A program made the translations under genes and the position numbers. Below the pieces are notes generated by a model. It saw nothing but the letters and a program-made list of their open reading frames with translations. It had not been told where the DNA came from and made no database searches. Positions 1 to 13,311 of a DNA stretch of 64,000 nt are shown piece by piece; position 1 is the first letter of the stretch; every line of letters starts with the position of its first letter. The stretch covers positions 11,780,001 through 11,844,000 of the forward strand of contig NC_135264.1 of assembly GCF_964204865.1 (NCBI RefSeq). Reading direction: 5' to 3'. This stretch comes from Styela clava. Taxonomy: Eukaryota.

Positions 1-25
1 TAATACCCATTTATAAACTTTTCAG

Positions 26-2906
26 GGAAATCCAAGAAAAATGGTTGCCACTTGGGCAGAAAAAGAAATGAGAAATCTCACAAGAATGCATCAGGCTGGG
101 TTACCTTGTCCTGAACCCCTTATGCTGAGAAGTCATGTTTTGCTAATGAGTTTTATCGGAACAGATGGCTGGTATATGTTCTACGTTGTTTCCAATAATA
201 TTTTTAGTGATGGTACAAACTAAAAATAATATTAAAAGCAACACATAATAAAATATCAATTCAACTGCCTTTTTCTCTTTGTGCTCTTTTACTTAGGTAT
301 ATCAATTATTGCGGCATCTACTATTCGATAGAATTTTACATTATATAATAAAGTTTAGTAGCTTTTGAACCTCCTTCATTGCTCTTATCTTCTCAATCTA
401 CACCATTCACTGAAACTCAAGTAATTTTTACAAATTTGTTAATTTTTTTTCGAAATAAAACTTGAAGCAAGAGATACTAAGATATTGTATAATGAACTGC
501 AAGTCTTTCTCGTTCATAAATCGTTATCTGTTTATGAAAGATTATAGATATACCTAACAATTTTGTGAAAAATAGGCCTAGACTAATCCTGGTAATAACA
601 GTACTCTTTATTCTTATTCGATAGGCCTGCACCATTGTTAAAAGATGCTGCTTTATCAGAATCCAAATCAAGGGAATTATATTTTGAATGTATTCATTTG
701 GTAAGAAGAATGTATCATGACTGCAAGTAAGATTGTTAGAATCGCAAGATGGGATTTTTTAATTTATTCTGTGTAAGGGCAAGACAACTCAATCATTGGC
801 AAATGTTATTCTTTTATCATGTTCCTAGTTTATGTTGGGTCTACTGCTAAACTTACCTTTAAGATAGTTTCCAATTTTATAAAAATCCTGGGAAACGTGT
901 AAGAAGATAAGCTGTTATTTGGTTATATTCAATTCAAATTACAAAATCTCCACATTTTTATTTGGTTGAATTTCATGTTAACTTAATCAGTACTACATCA
1001 TCATGGATTTATCTTATCTTGTTTCAGATTAGTTCATGCCGACTTCAGCGAATATAATATTTTATATCATGATGGGGGATTAATCATAATTGATGTTTCT
1101 CAATCTGTTGAACATGATCACCCACATGCTTTGAATTTTTTACGAAAGGTTTGTAAAGTTAGCGGTATTAGATAAATTGACAATTCAATGAATAAAAATT
1201 TGCAGAAAATATATTCCAATATGGTTATTGAATCATATTTTAACACATTTATACTGTACTATATAGGCCTATTATAGTTTTTTTTTCAGTTATGTTCCTT
1301 TCATACGAGAATATGATCTTGACAGTCTCATAATTCTATGTCATTTTGGAAATACACTGCCTAATAGTCAGTTTTTTAAATATAATGCACATATTTCATG
1401 ACTCTGTTTCTGAAGAATGATCAGGATAACTATAGGTACGTATATTTTATCGATCATGATTTGAAATTTTCAGGATTGCAATAATGTGAATGAATTTTTC
1501 AAAAAGAAGGGAGTTGCCGTTATGAATTTGAGAGAACTCTTTGAATTTGTTACAGATGTTGATATAACAGAAGAAAATATCGATTCATATTTAGATAATG
1601 TAAGTAAAAAAACATTTTTTCTGTTTCCAATACATTGGCACTCAATTGTACTCAGAAAAGCAATGCGTGTAGGTTCGTCCCCAACTCAGATTTTGAAATT
1701 TTTTTGTGCAAATCATCAACTGATTCTAAGGATTTGAAAGTTCTCACAGTCACAACTAAGGGAAAATATCTGGCCCAGCATGATCGATGATTACTGTGAA
1801 TCGGAACTCATTTTTCATGAATATTGCTAATTATGAGACGCAGATTTTGACAAGAGACAGATATTTGATAAACTCAAATATTTTGTAACTGTACGTGTAT
1901 TTAAAGAAATAATTTATTATTTTTACCCTTAAATTCAAAAGCTGCTTTATATCAAAATATTCTCTTCTATTCAACTTTTCTTATAAATGTCAGGCTATGA
2001 AAATTACGTCGGATCGAGTATCTACACTCGAACAAAAAGACGAGGAAGAACAGAATGCTGATTTAGAGGAGCAAATATTCAAACAAGTTTTTATTCCGAG
2101 GACGCTGGATGAAGTTCTGAATTTTGAACGAGATGTCGATGCAGTTATGCATACTGGAGATGACTCACATGTACGTAAATATATTTTAAACTATTAGCTT
2201 GTGTCTATAGAGATTTCTAATATATTTTTCTTCTTCCCAGATATTGTACCGATCTGTGACAGGAATGAATGTAAAGTTATCTAAAAATAAAACTACAGAA
2301 TCTGATGAAGATGAGGGTATATATCCTAGTGATTTTTTTTTACTAATTTGAGTTTATTTTTAAAAAAAATTGACTACTATGACAACTTGAAGGACAACAT
2401 ATAAAAATAGGTGGTTTTCTGTGCAATATACGAAACATTTCAAAATTTAAAATCTCTTTCGATTTATAATTATTGCAGTTAACAAAGTACGACGACAGGC
2501 CATCCACGTCGTTGAATATCAATCTATCCTTCATGAGATTAAGGTTACGGCCAAAAAATTTTGCTTGATATTCTCAATGGGCCAAGTTTTATAGCCATCT
2601 TAGTCTACTCAAAAATCTAGGCTATTGTGGTCTTTGGTTTAAATGCTATCAGTATATTTATATGCAGATGACAACTCTGAAGACAGCGACAATGATAGTT
2701 TGAAGTCTGCTGAAGATGAGAATGAAAGTGAAATTTCCACCTCATCCTCTTGTACAGTTTGCGTTAGAAATATGACAAAAGAAGAAAAAAGATTACATAA
2801 ACAAAAAGTCAAAGAAGAAAATAGAGAAAAAAGAAATAACAAAGTTCCGAAACACATAAAAAAGAGAAAAGAAAAATTAGCTAAACTTAGGAAACCAAAA
2901 ACATAA
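26..2906 (+). CDS. RIOK1: RIO kinase 1, 3' part (gene starts before the window); 7 exons approx 26-171, 625-726, 1028-1148, 1474-1599, 1994-2170, 2241-2317, 2668-2906
   Basis: Spliced translation gives [66 protein letters not shown] and the basic C-terminus [17 protein letters not shown], all RIO1 hallmarks; GT-AG introns. Confidence 0.95.
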
Positions 2907-4183
2907 TTTGAAGGTGCATTGATGGATTTGTTTTGTGTTCGTTCGGGATGGTTGAAGCCAGGTATATTGCAGTATTGTGCTGCTTAGGCAGGGATTGCAT
3001 TCTGTCATATACTTAAAAACAAAGCAATGGCCAGAAATACTTCCCTATACGGTCTAATATGTTCATGACATAGTTTAATCCGGAGCGTATATGCTAAACA
3101 GGCGACGGCACAAATCGCAGGTAAAAAGGTAAATTTGAGAGGAATGAGGTCGCTGTAAATGTAGGGAAAATACACATCACATTAGGAAAAGATTGTGAGG
3201 CGAACTGATCCTAGGGTAAAGGGTGCATTGAATGACCAGACCAGAAATTCCGCAGTACAAGCCTCGGCGTGACAAACGCCGGAGCCCAAGCGCGAAACGG
3301 CCGAGAATGCGTGCAAAATCTAAATTTAAGCGTGTAAAAAATAGGACGAACAAATAGATACATTAGTATTGAAGGGGAGCGTCCCAATTCGTTGCAACAC
3401 TGGCGCTTTGATTGACGCAGAGCATTGGGTCCCAATTTGGCGAAAGGACGGCGACATTGGGTAGTTGAGTTATTGCCCAAAATAACGTGATGGAGGCCTC
3501 TTGCGTTTACCTTTCATCCGTCCGCTCAATATATATATTGAAACGAAATATATTACAGTAGTTAACATCCTTATACGGCCAGTGCCTTTATTGGGACAAT
3601 TGAAAATCCAAGTCAGAGACTTATCCAGTTTACAATTCTGCTATTGTAGTCTGATCGGTCTGATGTAAATGACTGTTCACAGGATTGATGCCTCGCCCCA
3701 TGATGGCGCCATTTATGACGAAAGTTTCGCCGCATCAGCGTTGAAAAATATATTACGTTATATGAATGTGAGTTTCAAAATCTGGATTACAAAAAGTATC
3801 ACGTTCAGACGTTTGAAGTAATGCGCGTTTAGTATTGCCTGGGAACAGTCAGTTTGTTATGTTAGAATTTTCAGCACTTTTTTCTCGGACCGGACGAGAG
3901 GCCGCCGTGGTTTGCCATCTATTTTATACCGTATTGTGTATACATAATATATTCCCTTTTATTTTAAAAAAGCTTTCATTTTTCTAAAGACGATCTGTAT
4001 TACTGCAGTACTGTGATACCAGCCAAAGCTGAAAAATATTCCTTTGTGCCTTTTAAGCATAGCTTAAAAGTTGTTCGTTCTTCTGAGTATTATTCATGCA
4101 GAACTTTACATTATCAGTTATATGACCAATTAGTATTTGTAAGTTACTAATTTAACTAGTTCAACTTTATTAAAGTCTTTATT

Positions 4184-4738
4184 ATGTCATATAAGGACAG
4201 AAGACCGAGTGCTCCACTCGATTGCAAAGTGTACGTTGGAAATCTTGGAGATGGAGCTTCACGAAGTGAATTGGAAATTGAATTCGGACATTTTGGAAGA
4301 TTAGTAAGTGTATGGGTTGCCAGAAAACCACCAGGCTTCGCGTACGTTGAATTTGAAGACCCAAGAGATGCTAAAGACGCTGTCAGAAGTTTAGATGGAA
4401 CAACGCTTTGTGGACGTCGAGCGAAAGTTGAACTTTCACATGGGCAAAAAAGAAATAGAAATTTTCGACCCAGTTACAGTGATCGACCACCGAGACGTGA
4501 CATGTCAGAAGTCCGATGCTATACATGTAATCAAACTGGACATATCGCTAGGAACTGTCGGGAAGGTGGCAAATCACGTTCTCGATCTCCAAGAAGAAGA
4601 TACTCCCGCTCCAGGTCTCATTCTCCGTCTCGTTCCCGAAGTCCGTCTCCGAAATATTCACGTTCTCGATCTCGAAGCAGAACGCCTGAAGATAAACGCC
4701 AGAGTCGTTCTCGTTCACGCAGCAGATCTCGAAGCTGA
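4184..4738 (+). CDS. SRSF7: SR splicing factor of the SRSF7(9G8)/SRSF3 family; RRM + CCHC zinc knuckle + RS domain; CDS intronless
   Basis: [10 protein letters not shown]...[47 protein letters not shown] knuckle (SRSF7-type), RS/SP-rich tail in one uninterrupted 184-aa ORF. Confidence 0.9.
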   Translation: MSYKDRRPSAPLDCKVYVGNLGDGASRSELEIEFGHFGRLVSVWVARKPPGFAYVEFEDPRDAKDAVRSLDGTTLCGRRAKVELSHGQKRNRNFRPSYSDRPPRRDMSEVRCYTCNQTGHIARNCREGGKSRSRSPRRRYSRSRSHSPSRSRSPSPKYSRSRSRSRTPEDKRQSRSRSRSRSRS

Positions 4739-5792
4739 ATATTTAAACAAAAAAACACAAATGACGCCATTAATTCGAAGAAGGAACCAAACAACGTCAA
4801 ATATAAATCGCAGAGTTTAACTTTGCGAAGTTTGCAGATGTTGGATAGCTCAATATGGATTGGAGATTGTTATGACTTATTGGACTGTATATATACTGTC
4901 TTTTTGTTAATGATTTGCTATGTACAAATATTTTCGTACTTGAATTATTGTGGAATTTGACGGCCAATATTAAGTATCTAATTCTTGGTTTCAAAGGTTT
5001 TTTTTCGTACTGCGCCATAATTTTAGAGATGTATCTAACCCAACGACTGTAGCTTTAATGTTTGAGCGAGATCACAATCATTCATCGATGAAATGCTGTA
5101 TGAAAATTTAAGGAAAGACTTAATTGTATATTTCTAAGTATACCGTGCCACAATTATCTTGAAGAGTTCAGCAATTTAATTTCTTTTGCGTCATTTTGAA
5201 TTTAGAAAATTCAATGCAGAATTTGCTGTCAACCATTCGAATTAGTGAATGGCTACTATTCGTCTCTTTCTCTCTTTCATTTGGCATAGCTTGTTGTCCA
5301 ATATGTTACTGTCATTGGCTTGTTTTTAAAATAGGATAACATGAAAAATTACAAAACTAAAATGGATGAGGTCACTTTTCATAGGGTATGCGCTATGATA
5401 ATTGTCATCAGGGATGTCCAAATTTGGATTTGACTGGTTATCTATCAAAACAATGCTTATCTTACAGTCTTATCTATTCTACATTACCAAATTTAGTTTC
5501 TATCAATTTACAGTGCTTTTTATCAATTTTTTTGCAGTACGTTTTCCAGCTCATTATATATCAATAGCCTACTCGAAAATATAAATGTAGAATGTATTTG
5601 AAACATTGAACTATTCAATTTTGGACATGCTAGCTTATTATTTCTATAAATACACTTTCTGGATTCCCATTGCGTAATGTCCGATAAGCTTTGAATACAT
5701 CTGATAACTGACTTTTCATGTAATATTAACACTGACTTCTTACTGCCGTGATTTTAGAAGATATATAAATTGTCTAGATATAGTTGTGAGGT

Positions 5793-8700
5793 ATGGCTGA
5801 TGGAGGTGGCGACGTCCAAAACAACCAATTACCGAATGAACCCATCCCGGTTTGTACCCTTTTCAGTGATGGGTCAATCGACACAACATTATCTCAGAAA
5901 GAATTGAAAAAAGATTTTTCTGGCGTGTCCAATTCACAAAACGTGGTTCAAGTTAAAGAAAATGAATCAAAAGAGCCTGAGTTGTGTGATGTGTTTGGAA
6001 GTGGCAATTCGATTCCTACATCATCTGGTGATGATATATTTTCGAAAATTTCAGAAGACGCAAAAGCGGATGAAGCCGCTCACGATCATTCATTTACATC
6101 TGAGAGCATAGATGATAGCAGTATTTCAACCCCAATGACAGAATCCATAAAATTAACCCCTTCAATGGAAACGCTGCGATTGAATCGCTCAGTCGATTCA
6201 TTCATTGTCGAAGAATTAATAGAATCTGATGAAATTCCTGAAAACCCAGGTAAAATGGCTCAGGATGTATTATTAAATGAATCACAGCCAGTGCCTTCGG
6301 CAGGAATACCATCGTTTTCAATATCGCCAGATGATATGGTGAACACAGAATCTGCTATCTCTGATTTACCAAACGATATTGAAGTGGATGATATCATTGA
6401 AGACGCTTCAACGGAAATTGAGAAACTATCATTAGAAGATCCAAATGTAAAACAACTTTCAGAAAATGAAAACACCTCGATACAAGAATCTAAAATGACT
6501 TATGAAGAATCGAAAACTACCGAAATCAACGAGACTGAAGAAGTATCTACGCAACAAACGGCTACTGAAACCGAAATTCAACCTGAAATTCCAACTACTG
6601 GTTTATTATTCACCTCTGTTCAAGATAAGCAACAAACTTTGTTTCCAAGTCCAGTGTCTGAACGACATGGTATAGAAATAGAGGAAGGTAAGTAAAGGGT
6701 TAATATCTGCTTGTATTTGCATTCTTATTATATGTTAATAAAGTACTTTTCAGCTTTTGGGCTCAGATCTAAATAATTTACTCAATCTGAAGTGACCGCT
6801 GATAATTAATATATTTTGCAATAGCTGGCAAAATGTTTTTACCATTTGCTAGTGGTTTTTCTCCTTGATGAGAATAAGATATTTGTTCAAAAACTTCTCT
6901 TAAAATCTTATTTTCAAATGGTATGCCAAGTGCTTTAATAAATTCTACGTTTTATTCTAATTGTAAATATCAATTATGAACTAACATTGCTTACATATGC
7001 AAAAGTTTGTCTTATATTTGATCGTCTGTATCAAAAATTATGTTGTAACAATTGCGTATACTTTCCCAATTTTCCACAGATGACCCGTTTGCTGCCGCTT
7101 TGAGTAACAGTGTTCTTGATCGAAGACGTGATGCCTGGCTACCTTGTGAAGACACTAGAGCCATATTGACCGCTGCAATTGTGAACCATAAATCTCCTGA
7201 TTTAGAAATGGAGAAGATTACTAGACCAGGATTATCTACCAGTGAATTGTTAGGTTTGTATTATTGGTATGATTTGGAGTTTTTCATTGAGGTTTGAATT
7301 TCTAAAATGATTTTCCGTCCCTTGAAAATGATAAATTGGAACTTTTTCGGCATTTGGCTTTTCTCTTAATTTGCCCTAACCCTGTGGGTTTGCAGGTTCG
7401 TATCATGTGGAGGATAGTCATATACTATCGATTTGCTGGACGTCATTGCTGTCAAAAGGTGGTTCACATAATAACCATTGGTCAGTTACAGCTTCATGCA
7501 TGTGAAACAACTGATCAACATTTCGCATACCAAGATTGGTAACTGAATGAGGGGCCCATGATTCATAACATGAATACACCTTACTGTTGGCTTTTCCAGA
7601 ATAAATATAAATATGAAAAATTTTAAATTACCGTAGATTGGTATTCTTGTTTTGTGCCTATTTTCTAACCTCACAAAAATTTTTGTGTGATATAAAATAA
7701 CAGTTCCCTTTTTCTGTAGAGGATCCAGTCAAAGAGCTTGTCGTAAGAATGACGGGGTCAGAGAATGTTGTGAAACGTGGCAATCTGACAATGGACGATG
7801 TCACTCTCAATAAAGATGGAATCAAAAAACTGATGGTACATTTTCAATCATAGCACAAGAATGGAATTTTATGATTTTAACCAAATTTTTAATTTGATAC
7901 ATTTCAAAATCAGGCGCAGAATATAATGAAGTCAGTTTTTTTTTTCATTTTACAGGAATCTGGCAATCTACGATCTGCTGCAAACCTGTGTGCTAAACTA
8001 TTAACAACTCATGGTCAAGGATTTGGTCAAGTTACACGAATGACACTCAATACATCAGAAACATTACAGGTTTGATTTTACTTAGTTGCAGCCTGTTGGT
8101 AGAAAATTAATAAGTCAATAAGCTGTCAATGATACTGATTTTTATTGTGGGCATGATATGGTATAAAGTAGAGCTAATGAAAGCAATACTCAAATGGAAA
8201 GCTAAAAATATTATACCGAATAATAAAAACGGAGTGAGTATTCATGCAAGTCAAAACTATTGGCAAATTTAATATTGCATTATTTCTTTACTAGCTAATT
8301 TTGAATATGTTTATTAATTTGTGTTGTTTTGTTTGTAGTTGTGGTACACTCGCATATATATCCTCACAAAATTAAAACTATATGACATGGCTACAAGTGA
8401 AATTTCTACTTTCAAAAATCTCGACAATGCAGACTTGTACTATGAATTTTATCCTGATGTCTATCCAGGTGAGAATTATTTTTATTCATATATGATCATT
8501 TAATTATGCCTTTAACTTAACGTAGTGCTCAAGATGGAGGGTAGTGCCCAAAAAAAACAGGGCATCGCATCCTTCAAAGTGTTAGTAGTCAACATACTGA
8601 TTACCCTGCATTGGTTTGACTTCTATGTGGTTGATTATATTATTATGAACAAATTAGCTCTTCTCGTGCCTAGGCTATTGGAGTGGCTGTGGTCTTCTGC

Positions 8701-11652
8701 AGTATTCTTCTAGCTTATACTGATTTCCATAAAATTTTCTTTCCATTTTTAGGTCGTCGAGGATCCATGGTTCCATTTTCATTTCGACTTCTCCATGCTG
8801 AGTTCCCACGTCATGTCGACAGAGCTCAATTATCATTGGCTCGTCTGCACAGAATATTAAATGTTTGTGATAAGGTAAGAAGTTTATTTGATAAACAGAA
8901 ATGTATTTTTACAAAATTTTGCACAAAAATATGTGATATAATGACAAACTTCAATATGTCAAAAAATAATCTTTTAATGCATTCGAATCTGAGAATCTCC
9001 CACTGTTTAAACATTAGCACCAGAAATTTACTAAACGAATCGAATATTCTAATCTATAGAAATTCATCATTTCCAATATTTCAAACTCTGAATTGAATTT
9101 AATCCATGAAAACTGTAAAAATAGAAAACAAATCAAAACACTGTTTATCTGCATTGATTTTGACTTGTATGTATCCTGTGAACATGGCCCAATTTAGGTA
9201 TTCCATTTTCGAATATTATCACGAATGTTTTCAGAATTATCCTAATTTGCCATCTGCCTCATATTATCATTTTTATTGTCATACACAGATATTACAAAAT
9301 TTAAACGATGGAAAGACAGAAGTTGGGGAAATGACCGTTCTGAATTCCAATGATGTCGAAGCTTCCATCAAACTTTGGAATGAAAGAAAAGTCAGAACTT
9401 TGTTCTCTATTGGTAAGAATGGATGAAATTAATTTAGGTAAAATATAGCTTCCTTTTGATACATATTTATTATTAGATATTAAATTGTTATTCGGTGTGA
9501 ATTCAGAGTTTTATACACTGTATATATAGTCATTTTCATTCTTGCTACAGCATTCCCGCATGAAGGCATTGCTTTTCAATGGCTCTTTTTTATGAAATTA
9601 TATATGTTTGGTACAAGGCTTAAGAAGGTATTTTGAAATGTTGTAGTATACTTATACATACCTAAATGCAGCAGTTTTTAGGCGGGGGGGGGGGGGGGGG
9701 GGGGGATATGACTTGCATAGGGTGTAGATTTTGCAGGTAGGTAGGTTCATAGCCAAATGTAGCTGTTGGCCACATAGGAGACTGTAAAGTAATCTTGTGT
9801 GCAACTGATGTTTTTATGCTCCCTTCGCAAAAAGGTTGTATCATCTTTTTTTCATAAATTACTTACTTTTTTCACATTTCACTTTTAAAAATTTGCCAAA
9901 GTGTAAAGGGGAAAATAAAGGTTGAGAATCTCTAGGATAATGTTATGTTGATGGTACTTTTTAAAATAAATGATGAAATTTTACTATACTGTATTTAGGT
10001 AATACGTTGATGCAATTGAAAGATTATACTCTTGCAGTTGAAGTTTATGACAGAATATTGAAAATGCATCCAGAGTGAGTAACTTTATTATTTGAATTGA
10101 AGTCTAGTTTATCATTTTCTAGTCAAATCGTCAGCTTACCATACAGCCAATTTCACAGATTTACTCATTTTTCAGGAGTGCTGTTGCTCTACAAAGTGGT
10201 ATCGGTCGGGTTTATCTGCACCTCGGCGATATACGAGCTGCACAAGTACGATTCACAGAAGCTGAAAAGGCTGGTGGCAATGAAGCAGAACATAAAGTGC
10301 AATTAACATTAAATAGGTGAATTAACTAATGTTATATTATGTAGTGTTGTTAAGAGCACTAGCATCGTATTTCGCATCAAATTTTATTTTGTTATTAATG
10401 CGGAAAATGCAGCTGAAAACTTGTTGCATCAATGTTTTCGACTCTTAAAAATTCTCTTTATTGATTTTGTTTATCCAATATTAGTTTTTTAAAAGTTTTC
10501 AATTATTTTGCTGAGAATTTCATTTATGCCATAATATAAGTATTTACCGGTAATTACTTTTTTGCTTCTTTATTTCAGGGGATTCATGTATATAGGAACA
10601 AATAACTGGAAAGAAGCTGTTACGCAATTCGAGTCAGTTTTGGCATTGCAGCCTCATAATATCATTGTAAGTTTTAAAAATCATTGAAATTTTCAATAAC
10701 AAAAAACTTATGAATTTCAAAATTTATTGTAAAAAAGTTTTGATTCACAAAATTCAGATACCGAGAAATAGGCCATCAAATGTTTATTTCTCAGCAATTC
10801 TCCAGTTTAATATTATTTGTAGTTCTTGTCTATCTCCTCACCCAAGAGTCCTGCATCCTAGAACTTGTGGTAAAGGGTATTGTTCAATGCATGGGTGTCA
10901 AACTCGCAGTCTACCCGGGGCCATGTTGAAATTGTGTTGCACTATTGCAGTCCTCATGCAATTTTTTGTTCTAATTTTATAATTTTTTCTTGTTGTAGCA
11001 TATTAGGTTGGGTGTAGATTGTGACATAATTTATGAGTCCGACGGCGTTTCGTTATTTAGCAATTTGTATTTTTTCACAAAACTACTCTTTGGAAATTTT
11101 AGAAAAATTTATTAAACTCATTCAGTTTTTGCAACATCTGTAATAATCAAAAGTTTTCAAAACGTACTCTATTTTCCTTCTCTCAGGCTCTGAATAACAA
11201 AGCTGTTTGCATGTTGTATCTGGGCAAATTGAAAGATGCAATCGCAATACTTGAATCTGGTGCAAATGAGCAAACTACTCCTGATATTTTCGACAAAGTT
11301 ACAAACATAGACTGGCAACAGGTAGAATAGCTTCATTTCTTTTTGGACACAAAGTGGACCTATTAATTTTTAATTATTATGTTGTTCTTATTGTTGTGAA
11401 AAATCGCTTTTCTCCTTAACTATTGAAACTGAAATTTTCAGTGTTTAAAGATTGTAATTTTCTGTCTATTCTGTATTACAAAACTAACATTGCTTATTTC
11501 AGATCATGCTACAAGGTCTTATTTCTAATTTGTCAACCCTTTATGAACTCGAATCATCAAGATATGTCTTGAAGAAGCGCGGGATATTTTTGAAGCAAAT
11601 TGCACCAACATGTAGCGACAGTTTCGATACAGCCTGTTTCAAAGAAATTTAA
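5793..11652 (+). CDS. TRAPPC12: TRAPP complex subunit 12 (TTC15); about 12 exons: 5793-6688, 7080-7253, 7720-7834, 7956-8069, 8339-8468, 8753-8874, 9289-9411, 9999-10074, 10176-10315, 10579-10666, 11187-11321, 11503-11652
   Basis: Acidic disordered N-terminus, then [47 protein letters not shown], TPR-like NNKAVCMLYLGKLKDAI and C-terminal NLSTLYELESSR...DSFDTACFK. Confidence 0.93.
7385..7570 (+). mobile_element. Diverged tRNA-derived SINE-like element in a TRAPPC12 intron
   Basis: B-box-like GGTTCGTATC; colinear motif matches (TTGCTGGAC, AGGTGGTTCAC, CATACC, GGTAAC) to the reverse complement of 59816-60030. Confidence 0.5.
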
Positions 11653-12697
11653 TGTCAGTCTATTTAATTGAAAAGTTCTTTGAATGATTGTTGAATATTT
11701 TATAATGTGCAATAAAATGTAGTTAAATGAAGTTGCAGTACAGTGTACGGTTTGAGAGGGTTGGTCAGGCAGATTTGCGTCGATTTTTGAAGACCCATTT
11801 TTTTTTAATTTCGTTCCTCTAATGATCATACTGTGGTGTTAATCAATTTCGTGCCAAATATAGGAAAATCTAATCCTTGGTTGATATTTGAAGGTTTGTT
11901 TTTCACAAAGTCTCTCTTTATTCACCTTTGTAATTATACCTAATACTTGTTACTATGTATTCTATTTACATTTAATATTAGAATTTGGCCTCGAACCTAA
12001 GAGTTTGCATATAACATTGTAAAAATTTTTTTCCGATATTCTTCGTGTTCCACTAAAATGTATTAATTTTTGTTTTTTCTTTGTGCAGACCTATTCTTGT
12101 GCTTCTAGGTTACCGGTATGTGATATAAATTTATATATTTTTTTGATTATCTGTACCAGTTGAATGTGCTTAAACGTATCTTTTTTTTTCTTCGGAACAT
12201 TTGATTCGGAGTAGGATCCATTTTTTCGTACCGCTTGGGAAACGTTTTAGCTGGCGCCAACTCAAAGCAATTCAAATAGACGCTGCTAATATTCAGATAT
12301 TACAGCAAGGCGGTAATTCCGTAATGCGGACAGTGTCATATACTTTATTTAATCGCATGATTTCATAAACGTGTCTATATATTTTGTTAGCTTATATTTA
12401 AAACATTCAAAACGCTGCCATCATGAAATGCAAAAAGATAATCTTGAAGCAAATGTATGATTGATTGCCGAAGAAGGCTGATTTTGAGATCGTTGCAGAA
12501 GACATCGCTGAAGTGCCTGAAGATCTACAAAATGGAGGTCTGTAATAGCCAATACATACTGAAACATTGTTATAATCAATATATTTTTATTGAGAAACTT
12601 TTTCCCTTCAACTGTAAGCAATGGTACTCCGATTGGTTAGTGCAGTAGTGAGAGATTGGGTATTCGTTACTGGTATTGACTGTAGACGTTGTTTCAT

Positions 12698-13311
12698 GGT
12701 CTTACTACTTACTGAATACAGCGCGACACACCGTAAAGAGTGCAAAACGGAGGGAAACAGTGGGAAGCTGAAAAAAATTTTGCAAAGAGTCCGGGGAACC
12801 TTGTTTTGAGTTGGAGTACCACGGCAGCAAATTAAAAACACAAACCAACGTATGTAGCCAGTAAACATTTTCCATATGGACATGGTTGGCTTTAGGGTTA
12901 GGTAAAAAGGGATCTCCAGAAGTATGTGCACCAAAATGGCGCACAACCTGAAAATAGTATGTGTGTGTAGCGGATTCAGGTTGTGCGACATATTGCTGCA
13001 CATACTTCTGGAGCACCAAAAAGGTAGATATAATTTTGCATGATGACCTATAATCTGGTACATAACCTTGTAAATATACCGGAAATAGCGCCATAAAACC
13101 ATGGCGAGAGGCGCCGTGGTTCTTTTGTGGCAGGAGGGGGTAATGACTGCGTCTCCTGTTTTGCGCAGTTTCCCTCTGGTTTGCGGTGTTTCCCTCTGTT
13201 TTGCGGTGTTTCCCTCTGTTTTGCGCTGGTTTCCTTCTGTTTAGCGCTGTTTCGTGCTATTTCGCGCTCTTTGCGGTGTTTCGCGCTGTATTCAGTAAGT
13301 AGTAAGACCCA
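12698..13311. mobile_element. Non-autonomous TIR element (Mutator-like or other 8-9 bp TSD family) with subterminal tandem repeats, in PTGR1 copy 1 intron 1
   Basis: TIR GGTCTTACTACTTACTGAATACAGCGCGA at both ends; flanking duplication TTGTTTCA(T) at 12689 and 13312; absent at the paralogous site in copy 5. Confidence 0.85.
12910..13017. mobile_element. Short GG-terminal palindromic MITE nested in the previous element
   Basis: GGATCTCCAGAAGTATGTGCA / TGCACATACTTCTGGAGCACC inverted ends; AAAAAG on both flanks; same family as 25015-25250. Confidence 0.7.

Noticed and set aside
3050-3540. GC-richer block between RIOK1 and SRSF7 as an ncRNA or small gene
   Set aside because: No recognisable RNA family motif or credible ORF; likely promoter or repeat-derived
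4395-4820. 141-aa alternative-frame ORF overlapping SRSF7
   Set aside because: No recognisable domain; explained by stop-poor codon use in the RS region
9684-9705. Poly-G run in a TRAPPC12 intron
   Set aside because: Simple homopolymer like those in local MITEs; length unreliable; no other support for function
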